DNA of 64,000 nucleotides, taken from NCBI GenBank assembly GCA_946549035.1, contig CAMNQH010000007.1:7739-71738 (forward strand), given 5' to 3'. Below, one piece after another: positions 1 through 10,600 of the stretch (its first letter is position 1; every line of letters begins with the position of its first letter). The notes below the pieces were generated by a model. It made no database searches. It had not been told where the DNA came from and was given only the letters and a program-made list of their open reading frames with translations. The translations under genes were made by a program, and so were the position numbers. Source of the DNA: an uncultured Lachnospiraceae bacterium. Its GTDB lineage: Bacteria; Bacillota; Clostridia; Lachnospirales; Lachnospiraceae.

Positions 1-167
1 GCGCCACTCCTGTCCCAGTTCCTCCAATCCCTTTTGCCACCGTTCAAATACGTCTCCCCTGCCCCGAAGCCTCTGTTCCTTGGCCCGTAAAATAGACGGG
101 TGTTTTCCTTCCTTTCCCCATGACGCCAGGATGCAATCCTCTTCTAATACAATGACTGTCTGACTCA
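1..167 (-). CDS. hypothetical protein, N-terminal fragment (gene runs off the left edge)
   Basis: ATG at 165-167 (minus strand) preceded by GAAGGAGGAAAAA. Open to position 1 (MSQTVIVLEEDCILASWGKEGKHP...). Lies about 35 nt downstream of the pilC-like stop on the same strand. No family recognised. Confidence 0.35.
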
Positions 168-201
168 TTTTTTCCTCCTTCTCCCCATACTGCTAGAATT
201 C

Positions 202-1395
202 TTAAACAGAACCTTCAATCGTCCCGTAAGACTCATAGATGGGAAGCATTACTGCTACAATAATAAATCCTACCAAAAGCGCCATGACACAGATCATTAC
301 AGGCTCCATCAGCGTTACCAGCCGCTTGGTGGCTGCCTCCGCTTCTTCTTCCATAGCCGCTGCGATGGAATCCAGCATCCGATCCAGCCGTCCGCTTTCC
401 TCCCCCACTAAAATCGTGGAAGAAAGCTTCCGTAAAAATCCGTCCACCTCCAAAAGAGCCTGGGAAAGCGGAACGCCGCTGCGCACTTTAGAAGCCGCCT
501 TGGGAATCTGCTCCTTGATGTACTCGTTTCCAATGGTCTCCCCGGCTGTCTGCAAAGCAGAAACCACAGGCATTCCACTGGCATAAAGACTGCTTAAGGT
601 ACGGGAAAAACGCGCCGTATAGATAACCTGATTCAGCTTTCCCACCACCGGCATGTGCACCTTTCCGTAATCCAGTATTCGGCGCACCTTACGGACACGC
701 CCTATAATACGCAAAATAACCACCAGCAAAAACACGGCAAGTATGGCCAGATACCACTCATGGATCAAAAAATCGGAACAGGCCATTATAATTTCCGTAG
801 GCGCAGGCAACTGTTCCATTTCGGAAAAAAGCTCCTCAAACTGAGGCAGAATAAAGGTAACAATCAATATCACCACCGCCACGCTCATGCCCAGCAATAC
901 CATAGGATAAGCCATGGCGGATGTGACTTGCTGTTTCAGACGATTTTCCTTATTGTAATGAAGGGAAAGCCGCTCCATCACCATATCCATCGTTCCGCTT
1001 CCTTCCCCGGAGCGAACCATCCCTACCATCAGCTCCGGAAAGCATCCCTTTTCTTCCATTGATTCCGACAGGCTGACGCCTCGTTTCAAATCTGATAGCA
1101 GCTCCTGATATATATTCCGGACGGCCTTAGGCGTCCCCTCTTCCTCCGCCACAATTTCCAGGGCCCGCACAATACTGATTCCGGAGGCCAACAATGCAGA
1201 GAGCTGTTTACAGAATTCGGAAAGCTGTCTTGGTCCGATTTTTTTATGCTTTTTTGCTTCCTGCTCCTTGGCTTCTATCAAAAACAGGCCCTGCTCCTTT
1301 AACTGCTGCTGAAGATTTGGGAGCCCGGAAGCCTCCATAGCGCCCCGAAGGGTTTTCCCCTCCATATTTTTTGCAGAATAGCGGAAATTCGCCAT
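202..1395 (-). CDS. pilC: type IV pilus / type II secretion platform protein (GspF/PilC family)
   Basis: 397 aa with duplicated T2SS-F-type segments and hydrophobic spans (GISIVRALEIV..., SGMPVVSALQTAGE...). Start moved from the track's 1509 to ATG 1395 (MANFRYSAKN...), which has GGAAGGAGGAG upstream. Confidence 0.9.
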   Translation of the reverse strand: MANFRYSAKNMEGKTLRGAMEASGLPNLQQQLKEQGLFLIEAKEQEAKKHKKIGPRQLSEFCKQLSALLASGISIVRALEIVAEEEGTPKAVRNIYQELLSDLKRGVSLSESMEEKGCFPELMVGMVRSGEGSGTMDMVMERLSLHYNKENRLKQQVTSAMAYPMVLLGMSVAVVILIVTFILPQFEELFSEMEQLPAPTEIIMACSDFLIHEWYLAILAVFLLVVILRIIGRVRKVRRILDYGKVHMPVVGKLNQVIYTARFSRTLSSLYASGMPVVSALQTAGETIGNEYIKEQIPKAASKVRSGVPLSQALLEVDGFLRKLSSTILVGEESGRLDRMLDSIAAAMEEEAEAATKRLVTLMEPVMICVMALLVGFIIVAVMLPIYESYGTIEGSV

Positions 1396-1420
1396 CCAAC
1401 TCCTCCTTCCTTTTCCCTTT

Positions 1421-2203
1421 TTATAGAAGGGACAAATACCAATCTGCCAGAGCATCCCCCCAGAAAAAGGCAATCCCCAGGCCAACAGCCAAAAAAGGCC
1501 CAAAGGCAAAGGCGTCCTTACGGGTCAGCTTTCCTCTTTTCAGCATAATACCGCAATAGATACCTCCAGCCATAAGACCTATAAACATAGCGACGGCCAC
1601 ACCTTTTGCACCAAGCAAAAATCCGCTGGAAGCCATCAATTTCATATCGCCGCCCCCAAAAGCCCCTTCAATCACCAAGGACAAAAGCAGCATGGGAATC
1701 GCCACAAGGACGCATCCCAATAAACGCTGAGGGAGCGTGTGTTCCGAAAACAACTTAAGGGAGAAAATTCCCAAAAGCACAATTCCCACAGAAAAACGAT
1801 CATAAATAATTCTGGTATCCCAGTCAATCCATGCCGCCATAACTAAAATTCCAAGATAGAGAAACGCCGCTAACCCTGGAAGAGAAATCAGACCCAAAGG
1901 GCCTGGGCCAAACCGAAGGATACAGGCCAAAAAGAAGATACCTCCCAGAGCTTCCATCCAAACGTATCTTGCTTTTATCTTCTCTTTACACCCTCTGCAC
2001 CTTCCCCGCAATGCAAAATAGCTGATGCAGGGAATCATCTCCCAGGCCGTTAAGAGCCGGCCGCAGCCGGGACAATGGCTGCGGCCTTTGATCACGCTCT
2101 CTCCCTTGGGCAGACGGCAGATTACCACATTGAAAAAACTAAATACACTGGCCCCTATGAAAAATCTCAGAATCCAGACTATGCCTTCCAGCAGCCAAAG
2201 CAT
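1421..2203 (-). CDS. pilD: prepilin peptidase / N-methyltransferase (peptidase A24 family)
   Basis: 260 aa polytopic protein. Has the N-terminal CPGCG...CRGCKEKI cysteine pairs and the C-terminal GGGDMKL aspartate motif typical of A24 prepilin peptidases. Confidence 0.9.
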   Translation of the reverse strand: MLWLLEGIVWILRFFIGASVFSFFNVVICRLPKGESVIKGRSHCPGCGRLLTAWEMIPCISYFALRGRCRGCKEKIKARYVWMEALGGIFFLACILRFGPGPLGLISLPGLAAFLYLGILVMAAWIDWDTRIIYDRFSVGIVLLGIFSLKLFSEHTLPQRLLGCVLVAIPMLLLSLVIEGAFGGGDMKLMASSGFLLGAKGVAVAMFIGLMAGGIYCGIMLKRGKLTRKDAFAFGPFLAVGLGIAFFWGDALADWYLSLL

Positions 2204-2256
2204 TTCTTCTTCTCCCTTCTAATCGCCGTATCTTATGCCTTTTGAAAGCCGTCCCT

Positions 2257-2697
2257 TTAGGGAGTAGCATTGCTTATTTCATAAGTACCTGCATCGGTAC
2301 CTGACTTTTCATAAGTACATTTCTTTCCGTCCCGGGTGTAAACTACTTCGCTTATCACACCGTCGTTTCCTACGGTAACGCTAGTAATATTAGCCACCGG
2401 CACTTCCGCTAACCCAGCAATGGCTGCTAATGTCACTGTCCCAAGAGGATTTCCATCGGTAATATTAGCTCCTGTGAAGCTTCCCAAAGTCTGTTCTGCA
2501 AAATATTCATCCACCAAGGTCTGGGACGACATCACCACTTGGCGCGTCTCTGCTGTAATTTGTTTTTCCTTTGCTTTATTAATGTAGCCTGTCAAGGCCG
2601 GAATCAGCAAGGCAGCCAATATGGCCAAAATTACCAGTACAACGATTAATTCCACCAGTGTAAACCCTTTTTTTCCATTCCTTTTCCAATTTTTCAT
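2257..2697 (-). CDS. type IV pilin / pseudopilin (candidate major subunit)
   Basis: 146 aa from ATG 2697 (MKNWKRNGKKG|FTLVELIVVLVILAILAALLIPAL). Shows Gly-1, Phe+1, Glu+5 and a hydrophobic alpha1-N helix. It is the smallest pilin in the operon. Confidence 0.85.
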   Translation of the reverse strand: MKNWKRNGKKGFTLVELIVVLVILAILAALLIPALTGYINKAKEKQITAETRQVVMSSQTLVDEYFAEQTLGSFTGANITDGNPLGTVTLAAIAGLAEVPVANITSVTVGNDGVISEVVYTRDGKKCTYEKSGTDAGTYEISNATP

Positions 2698-2759
2698 CTT
2701 GTGTCTCTCCTTTTTCTTTAATTTTTTATATCTGAAGAGGTCTGTCAAAAGCCCCTCTA

Positions 2760-3503
2760 TCATTCCTTTTGGGCTGTGGGATCCGTCTTTTTTACTGCAT
2801 GATAACGCAGATCCAAGGTAACCTGATCCTTAACCCACAATTTTGTTTTTGCTTCATCCCGGTAAACCGCCACCTGGGCGTTCAAATATTCCACCTTGTC
2901 CCCAGGGGCAAGACCTGGGGGATACGAAAAGGTAATTTCCAGATAATTTCCCATATAGGCTCCCTCTGCAAACACCTTCTGCAGGGCGCGGGCCACGGCC
3001 CGGCCGTCTTTGTTCTCATAATAGTAACGTTCTCCCGTTCCCTGAGCATAATAACGAATCAGCAGCCGTCCCGGCTTTTGGTCTTCCGCTTTCATGGTGT
3101 CAATTTTCTGAGTTCCCAGATAAATATCCGTTTCAGGGCAGCCTTGCGTTGAAATTAATGTCACATATCCCTGAGTATCCAGAAACTCTAAGGCCAATCC
3201 CTCTTCCTCCCCTACTTTATCTCCCATTAAAGTATCCGGCTCACAGGTATCGTACAGCTTGACATAACCTGAGGCGTTCTCTGTAATGCCCCTTAGCTCT
3301 TGAATCACATTGTCCAAGATAACCTGAGCAAACTGCAGCCTCTGCATTCGGACAAAGAGCTTGGCTGCCGGGCTTAAAATTCCCACCACCGCCGCCATCA
3401 AAATGCTCATTAAAAACATCGACACGATAAGCTCCACCAATGTGGTGCCGGCTTTTCGTCTTTTTTTCTCCTCTTCTCTCCCCGGGCGTTCTCCTTTCCT
3501 CAA
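2760..3503 (-). CDS. prepilin-type minor pilin
   Basis: 247 aa. Long basic leader, then KAG|TTLVELIVSMFLMSILMAAVVGIL (Gly-1, Glu+5). 4-nt overlap with the upstream gene. Confidence 0.75.
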   Translation of the reverse strand: MRKGERPGREEEKKRRKAGTTLVELIVSMFLMSILMAAVVGILSPAAKLFVRMQRLQFAQVILDNVIQELRGITENASGYVKLYDTCEPDTLMGDKVGEEEGLALEFLDTQGYVTLISTQGCPETDIYLGTQKIDTMKAEDQKPGRLLIRYYAQGTGERYYYENKDGRAVARALQKVFAEGAYMGNYLEITFSYPPGLAPGDKVEYLNAQVAVYRDEAKTKLWVKDQVTLDLRYHAVKKTDPTAQKE

Positions 3504-3862
3504 GGGCCGCCACCTCCTCCAAACAGATAAAAGTCTGCTTTTCGGGCCGACCCGTCCTCCCCAGTATAGGGCACTTCTTTTTTCAACAGCTGCACGTCCA
3601 CCTGAAACAAGGTGGTAGTCCCGGTTTGAAGGCCGTCCGGGGACGCGGCCTGAAAGGAAAATGCTGCGGTCCCGTTAAAAATCTCCGGGGTGGCTTTCAG
3701 ATCCTGGCAGATTGCTGCGTTTCGTTCCCGGATCCTCTGGCTTTTCTGCTGGGCCTTGCTGCAAAAGGTAATGGCTCCCTGAAGCACGGCCGTCATCATT
3801 AGAAAAATAACGGCGGCAATCATCACCTCCACCAGGGATTCCCCGGCCTTTTGTTTCTTCAT
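3500..3862 (-). CDS. prepilin-type minor pilin
   Basis: 120 aa. MKKQKAG|ESLVEVMIAAVIFLMMTAVL has Gly-1, Glu+5 and a hydrophobic helix. Confidence 0.7.
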   Translation of the reverse strand: MKKQKAGESLVEVMIAAVIFLMMTAVLQGAITFCSKAQQKSQRIRERNAAICQDLKATPEIFNGTAAFSFQAASPDGLQTGTTTLFQVDVQLLKKEVPYTGEDGSARKADFYLFGGGGGP

Positions 3863-3876
3863 CCTTCATCCTCCTT

Positions 3877-4659
3877 TCATCCTCCCTCTGGGGAGGCTTC
3901 TGTTTCATATTGGCCCGCATCTTGAAAGCTGCAGCCTGTCATTTCGTCGGTTTGGTATTCATAATGAATCATCTCCCCGGGGGGAATGACATGAACCGCT
4001 CCTGAAAGGCTTAATTCGTGCCACTGGCTGTCTGCATCGTTCCAGATAATCCTTGTTCCATTGTGGGAAAAATCCACTTGATAGACGGCCATCTGCCGGT
4101 ATTCTTTCCGGTAACAGTAGGATTGATCTTGTACACTCACTGTCACTTCCATGGTAAAAAGATACCGCAGCAGCTTATTCTTTCGGATGGTTTCCGCCTG
4201 TTCCGGCAAAATCTCTCCGGCCAGTTCCGCATCCTCCTCCTGGGCTCCTTCCTTATACAGCGCCACCTTGACGTTTCCATAAGCTTCCTCCATCCCAGCC
4301 GGTTTGGCTGCCGTATAGTGAAATACCGTGGCCTCCGGATGGTCTGGGTCATACGTCCCGTACTGCCCCTCTAAAAATTTACAGGCATATTCATAAAAGG
4401 TATTGCCTCCGGGAGGCGGCATGGTATCGTATTTTTTTAATTCCTGGTCCAATACCTGGGCAAAGCTTTTTGCAAGCTGATAGCGTCGTTCCTGGTCAAG
4501 CCTTTGATTGGCCCCGGACAGTAACAGGTTCGCCACAGAAACCAGGGCCAGGGCAAAAGCCAGAAACAAAGCCGAAACGCAGATCACGATGGCCAGGGAG
4601 GAGCCTTCTTTTCCTTTTATTTTTTTCTTTTGGAGCAACATTTCTTTTTTCGAGTCCAT
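3877..4659 (-). CDS. pilus-operon protein with N-terminal hydrophobic anchor (ComGG/PilX-like position, no Glu+5)
   Basis: Start taken at ATG 4659 (MDSKKEMLLQKKKIKGKEGSSLAIVICVSALFLAFALALVSV...) with GGGAAGGAGGGA upstream. The track's longer form (4782) would overlap the end of the giant ORF. Function unknown. Confidence 0.55.
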   Translation of the reverse strand: MDSKKEMLLQKKKIKGKEGSSLAIVICVSALFLAFALALVSVANLLLSGANQRLDQERRYQLAKSFAQVLDQELKKYDTMPPPGGNTFYEYACKFLEGQYGTYDPDHPEATVFHYTAAKPAGMEEAYGNVKVALYKEGAQEEDAELAGEILPEQAETIRKNKLLRYLFTMEVTVSVQDQSYCYRKEYRQMAVYQVDFSHNGTRIIWNDADSQWHELSLSGAVHVIPPGEMIHYEYQTDEMTGCSFQDAGQYETEASPEGG

Positions 4660-4693
4660 GATCCCTCCTTCCCTTAAAATTGCAGATTTTCTA

Positions 4694-7600
4694 TTAATTT
4701 CCCAAGGACGCCTCTGTTTCTTTTGAGGGGCGGTACGCGTCGCTTGGCTGCCCCGGGAACAGATCTGGTGCATTTTGAGCAACGTCTGCCCGGACAGATA
4801 CGGAAGATGTCGCCGTAAGGTCTGTTTCTGTAATGGATACGCCGCCCTCCGTGGTCAAGGACTGGGCATCCGGCAGTAAAAGCGTATAAGTATATCCGCC
4901 TCCCTCCTTTTGACGTACTTCCAGACGAGCGTTCATCTGCACTTGATAATAATAAGTAATTCCTGCCTGAGTGTAGGTACGATCCAGACTAATCCCATAT
5001 TCCGGCAGCTCAAAGCTCCAAAGTCCTTCTTCTGTCTCTTGCTCCATCATACGGGCCTCCCATAGGGGCTCCTCTCCTGTCTGGCCGTTTTGGACATATA
5101 CGGCAACGGATCCATTCTCCTGCTGTTCTATCACACGGATGTTCAAAACAGCGCCGCTCTTTTGTTTTAAGGTTACATAGTAAGCGTCCGCCAGATTTCC
5201 ACTGTCCCAACAGAAAGCAATGCGTTCTGCCTGCCACTTTTGCATCTGAGGCAAATCCGGGTTTGTGGTGTCTGTTACTTCAAGCTCTCGCTGCTGGCTC
5301 ATCAAGCTTACTTCTGGTTTTTCAAGCTCTACATAAGGAAGCCGCCATATATCGGTATTTACCGTCCACTGGGAGCTCACCTGGCCTCCGCCGGAAGAAA
5401 TCCTGACGCTGCACAAGATCCATTTTCCCCCATAAGACGAGGACAAGCCCGTTAGGGTATGGCTGTACCTATTCCCTGGATGAACGTCCATCTGGACGGG
5501 AGAAAGCTCTCCTGTTTCATCCTGAGCCGGGTATGTAGTCAAAACACCCTGGGAGGGTTCCATTCCGGCCTCAATCTGCTGTTTTGCCATAAGGGCCTCT
5601 TCTTCCCGCTCAAACACATAGGCTTTCAGAAGATAACCGCTGTCTCCCGGAGGAATACTGCCCTTATCGGGTATCACCCCAATGTTCAGACTGTTCCCGT
5701 CGGGGTCTTCTGCGTTTTCAAATCCCTGTACCGATAACGGCAAATCAGGATCGTATTCCCAGCTTTTTTCCCATGTCACTTGAGGCGTGGGAATCCGCTC
5801 TGGTACGGTAAGTTCATAAGTAATACCCTCTAAGCTGTCCACATACCGGAGGCTTCCCGGCTCTGCCTGGGCAATTAAATACAGAAGGATCCGCTGTCCC
5901 TGATACCCGCTTAAATCCAGCTTCTTTTCATATCTGTCCCCTTCCTGTTCCTGGACGCTTGCTTCTTCTAGCTTTACAGGCAGCCCAAGGCTTCCGTCTG
6001 CTTCATAGGGTCGTAAATAAATTCCATAGGAGCCGCAGCCCGTTTCCGGCCGAATGGGACTCCATGCAATGGAGTATACCAATTCATTGACGTTTGGATT
6101 CTCTACGGAAGGCTGAGCCGGACGAGGCAGCCGCTGTCCCACCAGATAAGTCCTGGTATCAGACAGCCCTACACGGCCGGATTTGACATCCCCGATACTG
6201 GTTACAGTCAACTCTACCTTTTCATAGGTCCATTGCTGGGCGTCCGAGGTAAAGCTGTTCCCGGAAACTTCCTGATTCGTTACTAAGGATACCCGGCTGC
6301 TGCCGTTGACGCCCACTAAAGACACCAAATAACGGTCGCCATTTTGATATTCTCCTGGCTTTTCATCCCACCGAAAGGTGTATGTCAGATGATTGTTTTC
6401 ATCAAATTCCGGCGTTAATCCTCCTTCGGCCTCCATAAGGCTGGGTTTTTTCCATTGGAACAGATCTCCCAGGCTCCAGCTGCAATCCTGCTTCAAAGCG
6501 TTGCTCTCCAATACGCTGCTGTAAGCATACTCCCAGCGGGGTTTTACTTCTCCTCCTTCCTCCTCCATATAAAGCATACGAATATTGGCGTCTTCTTCTG
6601 TTGCGGCGCAGTAAGTATACACCGGCCCCAAACCAGACTGGGCATACCAGATTCGGACTTTCCAATCCTTCATATTCCTCGCATAGTCCGGCAGATTTCC
6701 AAAATCCGCCGTAGCGGCTCCGTTAGCGGCCGCCAGAATATCTCTGCTTAAAAGTACTGTATCCGGATACTCCCTTCCGTCTTCTCCCGTCCAGGTTCCC
6801 ATTAGCTCTACACGATATACCGGGGGCGTAGTGACTGTCCCGGAGCCTGCAGCATCCAAGGTTACCGTAATTTTTAAATCAGACAAATTTGTTCCAGAAA
6901 GGGTTACCTTCGGCTTCGCTTTTCCTCTGCCATAGTTGGCCTCATCCAGGGTAATAGAAGGTTTGTCTTTTGGAAGATAGACAGGCACAGGCACCTGGGC
7001 CGATGGAAGCAGCGTCTGGTCTTTGGGAACCGCCTGTACCAAAAGCTGCTGCAGGGAATCCCGGGCGGGAATCAGTGTGCCAAAATATCCCTCCTGATCC
7101 GGAACTCCTGTAAGCTTTGGCGTACCGTCCATAAATTTCACAGAAATCTCCCACTCCTTATCCTGGGGATACTCCTCTTGATTCAACAGCCGGAAGCGGT
7201 AGCCCCTTCCATCCCTGTTCAATTCAATACAAATTTCGGGACTTGGCAGCAGCACCTCTCCTGCCAGTTCGTCTGATGATACCGGCTCTGAAGACTCCAC
7301 CTCCTGGAACATACTGTGGGCCCTTACTACCACAAAGGGTTCTCCCTCTTTCACCGCATCCTTTGGAAGCGTAAAACTGTATTCCTCTGTATAAAAAGTA
7401 ATCCCGGACGTAATAAGCTCCGTCTCCTCTCCTTTTTTCACATATAAATCCGCCGTATACCGGAAGGGGTCCGTGCCGTCTGCAGGCGTCACAGCCACGG
7501 TGGCCTGACTCCCTGCTCTTAAAAAGGATACCTCCATAGGCGCCTGCATCTTTACTCCCTTAGGCACTTCATCCTGAAGCAAAATGTTCGTATCTTCTAC

Positions 7601-10600
7601 TTTGTAATAGGCATTGCGCACATGGTCGTCAAAATTGCTGCCTTTTTGAAGAACATCCAAAAGCCTCTGATAGGAAGCGTCCGGTTCCTGGGTTTTGTCA
7701 ATAGGGAACAATATTTCTCCTATTTCATTGCCGTTTCCATAAATCCTGTCATTGACAAGGGTAAGCTGCTGTCTGGTTACGCTGCTGTCCGGGGTGATTC
7801 GCGCCACATAAGATTTTTCATCAATGTCCACCCGATAGATACAGCTTGTATCCGCTCTGGTCAGATTGTCCGGAGCTGCTTTTACCGTGTATCCGTTCTG
7901 TTCTAATATCTTAAAGCTGTCATAGCCGGAATTTCCTCCGCCGATATCACATAGGAAATAATTGTCCTTGGCGTTCAAATACGGAACGTTCCCATTGTTG
8001 GTGGTATAAGAAATAATAGGATAATTCCGGTTCTCATACGTTCCTGCCGAAATGGGGTTGACAGAATAGCAGTCTTTGATATAAGTATGTTCCGCTCCCA
8101 CCTTGGAGTATCGTTCTCCAAAAATTCCCCCTACGAACTTATTTCCTCCGCCGCCCTTTAATACTTTCGCATAGTTTCGGCACCGTTCCATACGCAAGGT
8201 AATATTTTGGGTAGCAGCTCCGATTTGAGCTTGGCTTCTGGGATTGTCACAGGACAAAAATCCTACAATACCGGAAGCCATAGATGCAGAATAAATCTCC
8301 ACCCCCGACCCGTTTACGCAGTCCAATACCTGAACGGTATAATTCTGTCCCTGGCCTTCGCCTGCCTCATAAGCCGTAATATTTCCCAAAATACCCGCAC
8401 TGTCGTTGGCGCACCCCGTATTACTTGCTCCGGTACGTCCGTAGATATTTCCATAATTTCCGCAGCTTATAATGTTATATTCGCCGCCCTCGTAGGCATG
8501 GTAGAGCTGGGCCACAATTCCTCCGGAAGCGCCTACCCATCCTGCCTCATATGTAGTCTGAAGATTCCCGAAATTGTTACATTCCTCAATGGTGCCTCCC
8601 GTCCCGGTCCATTGGCCCAAAATACCTCCGGAATAATGGGTTCTCAAGCAATAAACCGTCCCGTAATTGAAGCAGCCCTTCAGCTTCCACCCTTCTTTTG
8701 TGGTATTGTTCTGATTTCCGATAATTCCTCCGGCAAAGCGGTTGGTATCCTGAGAAGAAATCTGCCGTCCTACAAAAGCCCGGTTCAATAAAAAGGATTG
8801 ATCAGACTCCGACTCGTTCATGCCGATAATTCCCCCGGTTCCCACGCCGATAGCATCAGAACCGTTATTGAGATACCAGTTGCCTGTGGCGCAGTAATTC
8901 ACTCTCCCTTCCGGGGCGTTATAAGCTGTAATCCCGCCCAGGCTGCCGTTTACATGCATGGTTAAAATCAAGCTTTTTCCCGCTAATATTCCATCCCCAT
9001 TTTCGTAGGACAGCTGCTCTATGGATACCCCTGCCTGAGAGTTCCATCTTACATAAGAATCATCCGATGAAATCCCCAGAGCCTGGGCATTGGAAAGAAG
9101 CGTGTCTGCTCTGTCTGAGGGCTGCCCGGTAAGATTTGCCATCAGCTCTTTCGTGCTTGCGTCCCCGGATCTGGAAATGGTTCCCTTGTTATATCCCACA
9201 ACTCCTCCTGCCATTCCATTATTTATTTCCATCCGGCAATCCGAACCGGAAATCAGGCATCCTTCTATCCTTCCGGTTTCCTCATTTTTTCCAGCCACGC
9301 CGCCTATATGGGTCGCCAGTTTCTCTTTTTGAGCGGAGGTGCTGGTACTGGTTGCGGTATATACGCCTTTTATTTCCATGGTAAGATTCAAAACCTCACA
9401 GTCCGTCAGGCTTCCGTAATTATCTCCCGCAATGCCGCCGTAACAATTCCCTGCAATCCCCCTTTCTTCCATCAGGCTTCCTTCTTCTAAGCTGCATTCT
9501 GCAATCGTTCCTTCTTCCTGGTTTATTCCCGCAATTCCCCCCAAGAAGCGATAGTTGTCAAATCCTAAAAAATCCAATCCTACAGCGGAAATACGTTGTA
9601 TCTGTCCCCTGTTTTTACCTGCTGCTCCTCCCACGGTCAAGTTCCCGGCGGAAACATTAATTTTGGGCATACAGACAGCAGAAAGATTGCTTATAATTCC
9701 CAGATTCTCTCCGGTGATTCCTCCTATGGTGTCTCCGTCTCCGGATAAGACTACGTCTGTAAGGGTCCTGCTCTGTTCAATCAGGCCATGGTTGACTGCG
9801 CATATTCCGCCCAACTGTGTCTTTTTCAGACTGCGGATTTCCATGGATGCCGCGCCGCCCCCTACACTGCAGTCTTTGACTGTACCATAATTTTCTGCGG
9901 TAATTCCTCCGGCATAGCCGTTATCGCTGTTCACATTTCCCAAGCCCTGGCACTCTTCCAGCAGGATTCCCGTCTGATTTACTGCTACAATTCCTCCGGC
10001 AGGTCCCTGGTTCGCCGTCACACGGCCGCTTCGATTGATTGCCCGGCTTACCGCGCCGAAATTTTCTCCGGCAATGCCTCCGGCATACCCTTCCTTCGCC
10101 TGGATCAGAGCCGCTTTGCACACCAGATATCCCCTCTGGGCATTTAAACTTCCTTCCTGGATTCCTGCAATCCCGCCGACCTTTTCCCTGCCTGTAACGG
10201 TGACGGCTTCTCCCACTGCCACTATCTCTTTTCCTGTTGTTCCCTGGGCGGTCACAAGGATATCCCCCTGGTTTCTTCCTGCAATGCCGCCAATCCCCAT
10301 CCCATTCATTCCCTGGATGGTACGGGCCCCTGTCCCAGCGTCTTCTCCAACGACTATGGTTCCCTTATTGACTCCGGCGATTCCCCCGGCATAATCTCCT
10401 TCCGCCGTAACACTGGCTTCACTCCGGTTCTCAGAAAGGAAGCCTCCCGTCATATTGTATCCTACGATCCCTCCTACGTAACTGGATCCGGTTATGGTTC
10501 TTTGCCCCTGTGTGCTGCATTCTGCAATGGTTCCGGAATGATACACCCATTCCCGGCCGCCTTCTTTTGGCTCCCGGTACACAAGGTTTGTTCCATCTTC

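Noticed and set aside
3241-3920. Overlapping ORFs 3241..3522 and 3675..3920 in other frames of the minor-pilin region.
   Set aside because: They lack prepilin motifs and ribosome-binding sites. The annotated frames carry G|xxxxE leaders and are translationally coupled.
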